This document shows, one piece after another, positions 1 through 13,587 of a stretch of 64,000 nucleotides of DNA. The position numbers and the translations under genes are program-made. Numbering within the stretch: position 1 is the stretch's first letter; each line of letters starts with the position of its first letter. The notes below the pieces were generated by a model. That model made no database searches. It saw nothing but the letters and a program-made list of their open reading frames with translations, and had not been told where the DNA came from. Location: NCBI GenBank assembly GCA_964016885.1, contig OZ024748.1, positions 32,488,001-32,552,000 on the forward strand. The letters run 5' to 3'. Source of the DNA: Eledone cirrhosa (taxonomy: Eukaryota).

Positions 1-1549
1 AACTGGTTATATATTACACACTGCTAAAAGTAATACTATACCTCTTAACTGGTTATATATTAGATGCTGCTAAAAGTAATACTATACTTCTAAATTAGGT
101 ATATATTACACACTGCTAAAAGTAATACTATACTTCTAAACTGCTTATATATTACACACTGCTAAAGGTAATACTATCCTTCTAAACTGGTTATATATTA
201 CACACTGTTAAAAGTAATACTATACTTCTAAACTGGTTATATATTACACACTGTTAAAACTAATACTATACTTCTATACTGGTTATATATTACATGCTGC
301 TAAAAGTGATACTATACTTCTAAACTGGTTATATACTACACGCTTCTAAAAGTAATACTATAGTTCTAAACTGGTTATATATTACACACTGCTAAAAGTA
401 ATACTATACTTCTAAACTGGTTATATATTACACTCTGCTAAAGGTAATACTATACTTCTAAACTGGTTATATATTACACACTGTTAAAAGTAATACCATA
501 CTTCTAAACTGGTTATATATTAGACACTGTTAAAAGTAATACTATACTTCTAAACTGGTTATATGTTACACACTGATAAAAGTAATACTATACTTCTAAA
601 TAATGTATATATTACACACTGCTAAAAGTAATATTATACTTCTAAACAGGTTATATATTACACACTGCTAAACGTAATACTTTAACTGTAAACCGGTTAT
701 ATATTACACACCGCTAAAAGTAATACTATACTTCTAAACTGGTTATATGTTACACACTGCTAAAAGTAATACTATACTTCGAAACTGGTTATATATTACA
801 CACTGCTAAAAGTGACACTATACTTCTAAACTAGTTATATACGACATGCTGCTAAAAGTAATACTATACTTCTAAACTGGTTATATACTACACGCTGCTA
901 AATGTAATACTATACTTCTTAACTGGTTATATATTACACACTGCTACAAGTAATACTATACTTCTGAAATGCTTATATATTACACACTGCTAAAGGTAAT
1001 ACTATACTTCTAAACTGGTTATATATTAGACACTGTTAAAAGCAATACTATACTTCTAAACAGATTATATATAACATGCCGCTAAAAGTAATAAATTACT
1101 TCTAAACTGGTCATATATTACACACTGATAAAAGTAATACTATACTTCTAAATTAGGTATATATTACACACTGCTAAAAGTACTATTATACTTCTAAACA
1201 GGTTATATATTACACACTGCTAAACGTAATACTTTAATTCTAAACCGGTTATATATTACACACTGCTAAAAGTAATACTATACTTCTAAACTGGTTATAT
1301 ATTACACACTGCTAAAAGTAATACTATACTTCGAAACTGGTTATATATTACACACTGCTAAAAGTAATACTATACTTCTATACTGGTTATATATTACATG
1401 CTGCTAAAAGTGATACTTTACTTCTAAACTGGTTATAATCTACATGCTTCTAAAAGTAATAATATAGTTCTAAACTGGTTATATATTACACACTGCTAAA
1501 AGTAATACTATGCTTCTCAACTGGTTATATATTACACACTGTTAAAAGT

Positions 1550-4000
1550 AATATTATACTTCTAAACTAGTTATATATTACACACTGCTAACAGTAATAC
1601 TATACTCATAAACTGGTTATATATTACACAGTGCTAAAAGTAATTCTATACCTCTAAACTAGTTATATAATACATGCTGCTAAATGTAATACTATAACTC
1701 TAAACTGGTTATATATTACACACTGCTAAAAGTAATACTATACCTCTAAACTAGTTATATATTACACACTGCTAAAAGACATAGTATACTTCTAAACTGG
1801 ATATATATTACATGCTGCTAAAAGTAATACTATACTTCTAAACTGGTTATATACTACATGTTTCTAAAAGTAATACTGTATTTCTAAACTTGTTATATAT
1901 TACACACTGCTAAAACCAATACAATACTTCTAAACTAGTTATATGTTACACACTGCTAAAAGTAATACTATAATTCTAAACTTGTTATATATTACACACT
2001 GCTAAAAGTGATACTATACTTCTAAACAGGTTATATATTACACACTGCTAAAAGTAATACTATACCTCTAAACTGGTTATATATTACATGCTGCTAAAAG
2101 TAATACTGTATTTCTAAACTTGTTATATATTACACACTGCTAAAACCAATACAATACTTCTAAACTAGTTATATATTACACACTGCTAAAAGTAACACTA
2201 TACCTCTAAACTGGTTGTATATTACATGCTGCTAAAAGTAATACTATACTTCCAAACTGGTTATATATTACACACTGCTAAAAGTAATACTATACTTCTA
2301 AACTGCTTATATACTACATGCTTCTAAAAGTAAAATAATACTTCTAAACTGGTTATATATTACACACTGCTAAAAGTAAAACTATACTTCTAAACTGGTT
2401 ATATATTACAAACTGCTAAAAGTAATACTACACTTCTAAACTGGTTATATATTAGACACTGCCAAAAGTAATACTATACTTCTTAACTGCTTATATACTA
2501 CATGCTTCTAAAAGTAAAATAATACTTCTAAACTGGTTGTATATTACACACTACTAAAAGCAATACTATACTTCTAAACTGGTTATATATTACACACTGC
2601 TAAAAGTAATTCTATACTTCTAAACTGCTTATATACTACATGCTTCTAAAAGTAAAATAATACTTCTAAACTGGTTATATATTACACACTGCTAAAAGTA
2701 ATACTATACTTCTAAACTAGTTATATACTACATGCTGCTAAAAGTAATACTATACTTCTAAACTGGTTATATACTACATGCTGCTAAAAGTAATACTATA
2801 CTTCTAAACTGCTTATATACTACATGCTTCTAAAAGTAAAATAATACTTCTAAACTGGTTATATATTACACATTGCTAAAAGTAATACTATACTTCTAAA
2901 CTGGTTATATATTACAAACTGCTAAAAGTAATACTACACTTCTAAACTGGTTATATATTAGACACTGCCAAAAGTAATACTATACTTCTTAACTGGCTAT
3001 ATATTACACAATACTAAAAGTAATACTATACTTCTAAACTGGTTATATATTACACACTGCTAAAAGTAATACTATACTTCTAAACTGCTTATATACTACA
3101 TGCTTCTAAAAGTAATATAATACTTCTAAACTGGTTATATATTACACACTGTTAAAAGTAATACTATACTTCTAAACTGGTTATATATTACACACTGCTA
3201 AAAGTAATATTATACTTCTAAACTAGTTATATATTACACACTGCTAAAACTAATACTATACTCATAAACTGGTTATATATTACACAGTGCTAAAAGTAAT
3301 TCTATACCTCTAAACTAGTTATATAATACATGCTGCTAAATGTAATACTATAACTCTAAACTGGTTATATATTACACACTGCTAAAAGTAATACTACACT
3401 TCTAAACAGGTTGCATATTACACACTGCTAAAAGACATACTATACTTCTAAACTGGATATATATTACATGCTGCTAAAAGTAATACTATACTTCTAAACT
3501 GGTTATATATTACACACTACTAAAAGTAATACTATACTTCTAAACTGGTTATATGTTACACACTGCTAAAAGTAGTACTATAATTCTAAACTTGTTATAT
3601 ACTACACACTGCTAAAAGTGATGCTATACTTCTAAACTGGTTATATATTACACACTGCTAAAAGTAATGCTATACCTCTAAACTGGTTATATATTACATG
3701 CTGCTAAAAGTAATACTGTATTTCTAAACTTGTTATATATTACACACTGCTAAAACCAATACAATACTTCTAAACTAGTTATATATTACACACTGCTAAA
3801 AGTAACACTATACCTCTAAACTGGTTGTATATTACATGCTGCTAAAAGTAATACTATACTTCCAAACTGGTTATATATTACACACTGCTAAAAGTAATAC
3901 TATACTTCTAAACTGCTTATATACTACATGCTTCTAAAAGTAAAATAATACTTCTAAATTGGTTATATATTACACACTGCTAAAAGTAATACTATACTTC
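1550..4000. repeat. Internal diverged duplication within the 4.9 kb HOR, offset ~36 monomers (1656 bp)
   Basis: CTCATAAAC at 1605 and 3261, each followed by CACAGTGC, ATAATAC, AAAGACAT, GGATAT, AAAACCAATACAAT and TTCCAAAC in the same order. Boundaries approximate. Confidence 0.8.
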
Positions 4001-7000
4001 TAAACTGGTTATATATTACACACTGCTAAAAGTAATACTATACTTCTAAACTGGTTATATACTACATGCTTCTAAAAGTAAAATAATACTTCTAAACTGG
4101 TTATATGTTACACACTGTTAAAAGAAATAATATACCTCTAAACTGGTTATATATTAGATGCTGCTAAAAGTAATACTATACTTCTAAACTGGTTATATGT
4201 TACGCACTGCTAAAAGTAATACTATACTTCTAAATTAGGTATATATTACACACTGCTAAAAGTAATAGTATACCTCTAACCTGGTTATATATTACACACT
4301 TCTAAAAGTAATACTATACTTCTAGACAGGTTATATATTACATACTGCTAAACGTAATACTATACTTCTAAATTAGGTATATATTACACACTGCTAAAAG
4401 TAATACTATACTTCTAAACTGCTTATATATTACACACTGCTAAAGGTAATACTATACTTCTAAACTGGTTATATATTACACACTGTTAAAAGTAATACTA
4501 TACTTCTAAACTGGTTATATATTACACACTGCTAAAGGTAATATTATACTTCTAAACTGGTTATATATTACACTCTGTTAAAAGTAATACTATATTTCTA
4601 AACTGGTTAAATATTGCACACTGGTAAAAGTAATACTATACTTCTAAACTGGTTATATATTACACACTGCTAAAAGTAACACTATACTACTAAACTGGTT
4701 GTATATTACATGCTGCTAAAAGTAATATTATACTTCTAAACTGGTTATATATTACACATTTCTAAAAGTAATACTATACTTCTAGACAGGTTATATATTA
4801 CACACTGCTAAATGTAATACTATACTTCTCTAACTGGTTATATATTACACACTGCTAAAAGTAATACTATACTTCTAAACTGGTTATATATTACACACTG
4901 CTAAAAGTAATACTAGACCTCTTAACTGGTTATATATTACACACTGCTAAAAGTAATATTATACCTCTTAACTGGTTATATATTAGATGCTGCTAAAAGT
5001 AATACTATACTTCTAAATTAGGTATATATTACACACTGCTAAAAGTAATACTATACTTCTAAACTGCTTATATATTACACACTGCTAAAGGTAATACTAT
5101 ACTTCTAAACTGGTTATATATTACACACTGTTAAAAGTAATACTATACTTCTAAACTGGTTATATATTACACACTGTTAAAACTAATACTATACTTCTAT
5201 ACTGGTTATATATTACATGCTGCTAAAAGTGATACTATACTTCTAAACTGGTTATATACTACACGCTTCTAAAAGTAATACTATAGTTCTAATCTGGTTA
5301 TATATTACACACTGCTAAAAGTAATACTATACTTCTAAACTGGTTATATATTACACTCTGCTAAAGGTAATACTATACTTCTAAACTGGTTATATATTAC
5401 ACACTGTCAAAAGTAATACCATACTTCTAAACTGGTTATATATTAGACACTGTTAAAAGTAATACTATACTTCTAAACTGGTTATATGTTACACACTGAT
5501 AAAAGTAATACTATACTTCTAAATAATGTATATATTACACACTGCTAAAAGTAATATTATACTTCTAAACAGGTTATATATTACACACTGCTAAACGTAA
5601 TACTTTAACTGTAAACCGGTTATATATTACACACCGCTAAAAGTAATACTATACTTCTAAACTGGTTATATATTACACACTGCTAAAAGTAATACTATAC
5701 TTCGAAACTGGTTATATATTACACACTGCTAAAAGTGACACTATACTTCTAAACTAGTTATATACGACATGCTGCTAAAAGTAATACTATACTTCTAAAC
5801 TGGTTATATACTACACGCTGCTAAATGTAATACTATACTTCTTAACTGGTTATATATTACACACTGCTACAAGTAATACTATACTTCTGAAATGCTTATA
5901 TATTACACACTGCTAAAGGTAATACTATACTTCTAAACTGGTTATATATTAGACACTGTTAAAAGCAATACTATACTTCTAAACAGATTATATATAACAT
6001 GCCGCTAAAAGTAATACATTACTTCTAAACTGGTCATATATTACACACTGCTAAAAGTACTATTATACTTCTAAACAGGTTATATATTACACACTGCTAA
6101 ACGTAATACTTTAATTCTAAACCGGTTATATATTACACACTGCTAAAAGTAATACTATACTTCTAAACTGGTTATATATTACACACTGCTAAAAGTAATA
6201 CTATACTTCGAAACTGGTTATATATTACACACTGCTAAAAGTAATACTATACTTCTATACTGGTTATATATTACATGCTGCTAAAAGTGATACTTTACTT
6301 CTAAACTGGTTATAATCTACATGCTTCTAAAAGTAATAATATAGTTCTAAACTGGTTATATATTACACACTGCTAAAAGTAATACTATGCTTCTCAACTG
6401 GTTATATATTACACACTGTTAAAAGTAATATTATACTTCTAAACTAGTTATATATTACACACTGCTAACACTAATACTATACTCATAAACTGGTTATATA
6501 TTACACAGTGCTAAAAGTAATTCTATACCTCTAAACTAGTTATATAATACATGCTGCTAAATGTAATACTATAACTCTAAACTGGTTATATATTACACAC
6601 TGCTAAAAGTAATACTATACCTCTAAACTAGTTATATATTACACACTGCTAAAAGACATACTATACTTCTAAACTGGATATATATTACATGCTGCTAAAA
6701 GTAATACTATACTTCTAAACTGGTTATATACTACATGTTTCTAAAAGTAATAATATACTTCTAAACTGGTTATATATTACACACTACTAAAAGTAATACT
6801 ATACTTCTAAACTGGTTATATGTTACACACTGCTAATAGTAATACTATAATTCTAAACTTGTTATATACTACACACTGCTAAAAGTGATACTATACTTCT
6901 AAACAGGTTATATATTACACACTGCTAAAAGTAATACTATACCTCTAAACTGGTTATATATTACATGCTGCTAAAAGTAATACTGTATTTCTAAACTTGT

Positions 7001-10000
7001 TATATATTACACACTGCTAAAACCAATACAATACTTCTAAACTAGTTATATATTACACACTGCTAAAAGTAACACTATACCTCTAAACTGGTTGTATATT
7101 ACATGCTGCTAAAAGTAATACTATACTTCCAAACTGGTTATATATTACACACTGCTAAAAGTAATACTATACTTCTAAACTGCTTATATACTACATGCTT
7201 CTAAAAGTAAAATAATACTTCTAAACTGGTTATATATTACACACTGCTAAAAGTAATACTATACTTCTAAACTGGTTATATATTACAAACTGCTAAAAGT
7301 AATACTACACTTCTAAACTGGTTATATATTACACACTGCTAAAAGTAATACTATACTTCTAAATTAGTTATATACTACATGCTGCTAAAAGTAATACTAT
7401 ACTTCTAAACTGGTTATATACTACATGCTGCTAAAAGTAATACTATACTTCTAAACTGCTTATATACTACATGCTTCTAAAAGTAAAATAATACTTCTAA
7501 ACTGGTTATATATTACACATTGCTAAAAGTAATACTATACTTCTAAACTGGTTATATATTACAAACTGCTAAAAGTAATACTACACTTCTAAACTGGTTA
7601 TATATTAGACACTGCCAAAAGTAATACTATACTTCTTAACTGGCTATATATTACACAATACTAAAAGTAATACTATACTTCTAAACTGGTTATATATATT
7701 ACACACTGCTAAAAGTAATACTATACTTCTAAACTGCTTATATACTACATGCTTCTAAAAGTAAAATAATACTTCTAAACTGGTTATATATTACACACTG
7801 CTAAAAGTAATACTATACTTCTAAACTAGTTATCTACTACATGCTGCTACAAGTAATACTATACTTCTAAACTGGTTATATACTACATGCTGCTAAATGT
7901 AATACTATACTTCTTAACTGGCTATATATTACTCACTACTAAAAGTAATAATATACTTCTAAACTGGTTATATTTTACACACTGCTAAAAGTAATACTAT
8001 ACTTCTAAACTGCTTATATACTACATGCTTCTAAAAGTAATATAATACTTCTAAACTGGTTATATATTACACACTGTTAAAAGTAATACTATACTTCTAA
8101 ACTGGTTATATATTACACACTGCTAAAAGTAATATTATACTTCTAAACTAGTTATATATTACACACTGCTAAAACTAATACTATACTCATAAACTGGTTA
8201 TATATTACACAGTGCTAAAAGTAATTCTATACCTCTAAACTAGTTATATAATACATGCTGCTAAATGTAATACTATAACTCTAAACTGGTTATATATTAC
8301 ACACTGCTAAAAGTAATACTACACTTCTAAACAGGTTACATATTACACACTGCTAAAAGACATACTATACTTCTAAACTGGATATATATTACATGCTGCT
8401 AAAAGTGATGCTATACTTCTAAACTGGTTATATATTACACACTGCTAAAAGTAATGCTATACCTCTAAACTGGTTATATATTACATGCTGCTAAAAGTAA
8501 TACTGTATTTCTAAACTTGTTATATATTACACACTGCTAAAACCAATACAATACTTCTAAACTTGTTATATATTACACACTGCTAAAAGTAACACTATAC
8601 CTCTAAACTGGTTGTATATTACATGCTGCTAAAAGTAATACTATACTTCCAAACTGGTTATATATTACACACTGCTAAAAGTAATACTATACTTCTAAAC
8701 TGCTTATATACTACATGCTTCTAAAAGTAAAATAATACTTCTAAATTGGTTATATATTACACACTGCTAAAAGTAATACTATACTTCTAAACTGGTTATA
8801 TATTACAAACTGCTAAAAGTAATACTACACTTCTAAACTGGTTATATATTAGACACTGCCAAAAGTAATACTATACTTCTAAACTGGTTATATACTACAT
8901 GCTGCTAAAAGTAAAATAATACTTCTAAACTGGTTATATGTTACACACTGTTAAAAGAAATAATATACCTCTAAACTGGTTATATATTAGATGCTGCTAA
9001 AAGTAATACTATACTTCTAAACTGGTTATATGTTACGCACTGCTAAAAGTAATACTATACTTCTAAATTAGGTATATATTACACACTGCTAAAAGTAATA
9101 GTATACCTCTAACCTGGTTATATATTATACACTGCTAAAAGTAATACTATACTTCTAAAATGCTTATATATTACACACTGCTAAAGGTAATACTATACTT
9201 CTAAACTGGTTATATATTACACACTGTTAAAAGTAATACTATACTTCTAAACTGGTTATATATTACACACTGCTAAAGGTAATATTATACTTCTAAACTG
9301 GTTATATATTACACTCTGTTAAAAGTAATACTATATTTCTAAACTGGTTAAATATTGCACACTGGTAAAAGTAATACTATACTTCTAAATCAGGTATATC
9401 TTACACACTGCTAAAAGCAATACTATACTTCTAAACAGGTTATATATTACACACTGTTAAAAGTAATACTATAATTCTAAACTGGTTATATATTACACAC
9501 TGCTAAAAGTAATACTATACTTCTAAACTGGTTATATATTACATGCTACTAAATGTAATACTATACTTCAAAATTGGTTATATACTACATGCTTCTAAAA
9601 GTAATACTATACTTCTAAACTGGTTATATATTACACACTGCTAAAAGTAACACTATACTACTAAACTGGTTATATATTACACACTGCTAAAAGTAACACT
9701 ATACTACTAAACTGGTTGTATATTACATGCTGCTAAAAGTAATATTATACTTCTAAACTGGTTATATATTACATATTTCTAAAAGTAATACTATACTTCT
9801 CTAACTGGTTATATATTACACACTGCTAAAAGTAATACTATACTTCTAAACTGGTTATATATTACACACTGCTAAAAGTAATACTATACCTCTTAACTGG
9901 TTATATATTACACACTGCTAAAAGTAATACTATACCTCTTAACTGGTTATATATTAGATGCTGCTAAAAGTAATACTATACTTCTAAATTAGGTATATAT

Positions 10001-12659
10001 TACACACTGCTAAAAGTAATACTATACTTCTAAACTGCTTATATATTACACACTGCTAAAGGTAATACTATACTTCTAAACTGGTTATATATTACACACT
10101 GTTAAAAGTAATACTATACTTCTAAACTGGTTATATATTACACACTGTTAAAACTAATACTATACTTCTATACTGGTTATATATTACATGCTGCTAAAAG
10201 TGATACTACACTTCTAAACTGGTTATATACTACATGCTTCTAAAAGTAATACTATAGTTCTAAACTGGTTATATATTACACACTGCTAAAAGTAATACTA
10301 TACTTCTAAACTGGTTATATATTACACTCTGCTAAAGGTAATACTATACTTCTAAACTGGTTATATATTACACACTGTTAAAAGTAATACTATACTTCTA
10401 AACTGGTTATATATTAGACACTGTTAAAAGTAATACTATACTTCTAAACTGGTTATATGTTACACACTGATAAAAGTAATACTATACTTCTAAATAATGT
10501 ATATATTACACACTGCTAAAAGTAATATTATACTTCTAAACAGGTTATATATTACACACTGCTAAACGTAATACTTTAACTCTAAACCGGTTATATATTA
10601 CACACCGCTAAAAGTAATACTATACTTCTAAACTGGTTATATATTACACACTGCTAAAAGTAATACTATACTTCGAAACTGGTTATATATTACACACTGC
10701 TAAAAGTGACACTATACTTCTAAACTAGTTATATACGACATACTGCTAAAAGTAATACTGTACTTCTAAACTGGTTATATACTACACGCTGCTAAATGTA
10801 ATACTATACTTCTTAACTGGTTATATATTACACACTGCTAAAAGTAATACTATAGCTCTAAACTGGTTATATATTACACACTGCTAAAAGTAATACTATA
10901 CCTCTAAACTGGTTGTATATTACATGCTGCTAAAAGTAATACTATACTTCTAAACTGATTATATATTACACACTGCTAAAGGTAATACTATACTTCTAAA
11001 CTGGTTATATATTACACACTGTTAAAAGTAATACTATACTTCTAAACTGGTTATATATTACACACTGCTGAAAGTAATACTATACTTCTAAACTGCTTAT
11101 ATACTACATGCTCCTAAAAGTAATACTATACTTCTAAACTGGTTATATATTACACACTGCTAAAAGTAATACTATACTTCTAAACTGGTTATATATTACA
11201 CACTGTTAAAAGTAATACTATACTTCTAAACTGGTTATATATTACACACTGCTAAAAGTAATACTATACCTCTTAACTGGTTATATATTAGATGCTGCTA
11301 AAAGTAATACTATACTTCTAAACTGGTTATATATTACACACTGCTACAAGTAATACTATACGTCTGAAATGCTTATATATTACACACTGCTAAAGGTAAT
11401 ACTATACTTCTAAACTGGTTATATATTAGACACTGTTAAAAGTAATACTATACTTCCAAACAGATTATATATAACATGCCGCTAAAAGTAATACATTACT
11501 TCTAAACTGGTTATATATTACACACTGATAAAAGTAATACTATACTTCTAAATTAGGTATATATTACACACTGCTAAAAGTAATATTATACTTCAAAACA
11601 GGTTATATATTACACAATGCTAAACGTAATACTTTAATTCTAAACCTGTTATATATTACACACTGCTAAAAGTAATACTATACTTCTAAACTGGTTATAT
11701 ATTACACACTGCTAAAAGTAATACTATACTTCGAAACTGGTTATATATTACACACTGCTAAAAGTAATACTATACTTCTATACTGGTTATATATTACATG
11801 TGCTAAAAGTGATACTTTACTTCTAAACTGGTTATAATCTACATGCTTCTAAAAGTAATAATATAGTTCTAAACTGGTTATATATTACACACTGCTAAAA
11901 GTAATACTATACTTCTCAACTGGTTATATATTACACACTGCTAAAAGTAATATTATACTTCTAAACTAGTTATATATTACACACTTCTAACACTAATACT
12001 ATACTCATAAACTGGTTATATATTACACAGTGCTAAAAGTAATTCTATACCTCCAAACTAGTTATATAATACATGCTGCTAAATGTAATACTATAACTCT
12101 AAACTGGTTATATATTACACACTGCTAAAAGTAATACTATACCTCTAAACTAGTTATATGTTACACACTGCTAAAAGACATACTATACTTCTAAACTGGA
12201 TATATATTACATGCTGCTAAAAGTAATACTATACTTCTAAACTGGTTATATACTACATGTTTCTAAAAGTAATAATATACTTCTAAACTGGTTATATATT
12301 ACACACTACTAAAAGTAATACTATACTTCTAAACTGGTTATATGTTACACACTGCTAAAAGTAATACTATAATTCTAAACTTGTTATATACTACACACTG
12401 CTAAAAGTGATACTATACTTCTAAACAGGTTATATATTACACACTGCTAAAAGTAATACTATACCTCTAAACTGGTTATATATTACATGCTGCTAAAAGT
12501 AATACTGTATTTCTAAACTTGTTATATATTACACACTGCTAAAACCAATACAATACTTCTAAACTAGTTATATATTACACACTGCTAAAAGTAACACTAT
12601 ACCTCTAAACTGCTTGTATATTACATGCTGCTAAAAGTAATACTATACTTCTAAACTGG

Positions 12660-13320
12660 TTATATATTACAAACTGCTAAAAGTAATACTACACTTCTAA
12701 ACTGGTTATATATTAGACACTGCCAAAAGTAATACTATACTTCTTAACTGGCTATATATTACACACTACTAAAAGCAATACTATACTTCTAAACTGGTTA
12801 TATATTACACACTGCTAAAAGTAATTCTATACTTCTAAACTGCTTATATACTACATGCTTCTAAAAGTAAAATAATACTTCTAAACTGGTTATATATTAC
12901 ACACTGCTAAAAGTAATACTATACTTCTAAACTAGTTATATACTACATGCTGCTAAAAGTAATACTATACTTCTAAACTGGTTATATACTACATGCTGCT
13001 AAAAGTAATACTATACTTCTAAACTGCTTATATACTACATGCTTCTAAAAGTAAAATAATACTTCTAAACTGGTTATATATTACACACTGCTAAAAGTAA
13101 TACTATACTTCTAAACTGGTTATATATTACAAACTGCTAAAAGTAATACTACACTTCTAAACTGGTTATATATTAGACACTGCCAAAAGTAATACTATAC
13201 TTCTTAACTGGCTATATATTACACAATACTAAAAGTAATACTATACTTCTAAACTGGTTATATATTACACACTGCTAAAAGTAATACTATACTTCTAAAC
13301 TGCTTATATACTACATGCTT
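12660..13320. repeat. 10-monomer (460 bp offset) sub-repeat
   Basis: TACAAACTG / ACTACACTT / AGACACTGCC / GGCTAT series at 12671 and again at 13131. The same doublet recurs near 34.1-34.7k, 42.0-42.6k, 49.6-50.2k and 60.6-61.2k. Confidence 0.8.
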
Positions 13321-13587
13321 CTAAAAGTAATATAATACTTCTAAACTGGTTATATATTACACACTGTTAAAAGTAGTACGATACTACTAAACTGGTTATA
13401 TATTACACACTGCTAAAAGTAATACTATACGTCTAAACTGGTTATATATTACATGCTGCTAAAAGTAATACTATACTTCTAGACTGGTGATATATTACAT
13501 ACTGCTAAAAGTAATACTATACTTCTTAACTGGTTATATATTACAAACTGCTAAAAGTAATACTATACTTCTAAACTGGTTATATAT

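Larger units (their letters stand above)
1..13587. repeat. ~4.9 kb higher-order repeat (107-108 monomers): copies 1-4923, 4924-9894 and a partial, rearranged third copy 9895-13587
   Basis: Rare marker TAATGT at 601, 5524 and 10495 (offsets 4923 = 107x46+1 and 4971 = 108x46+3). The same ordered variant series (TTAGATGC, AATTAGG, TTCGAAAC, GTGACAC, TACGAC) follows in each copy. Confidence 0.88.

Noticed and set aside
7-16. TATA-box or -10 promoter-like TTATATAT
   Set aside because: It is part of every AT-rich monomer and there is no downstream gene or other promoter context.
1-184. 4-monomer (184 bp) nucleosome-length periodicity
   Set aside because: The arithmetic fits, but I see no 4-monomer period in the variants.
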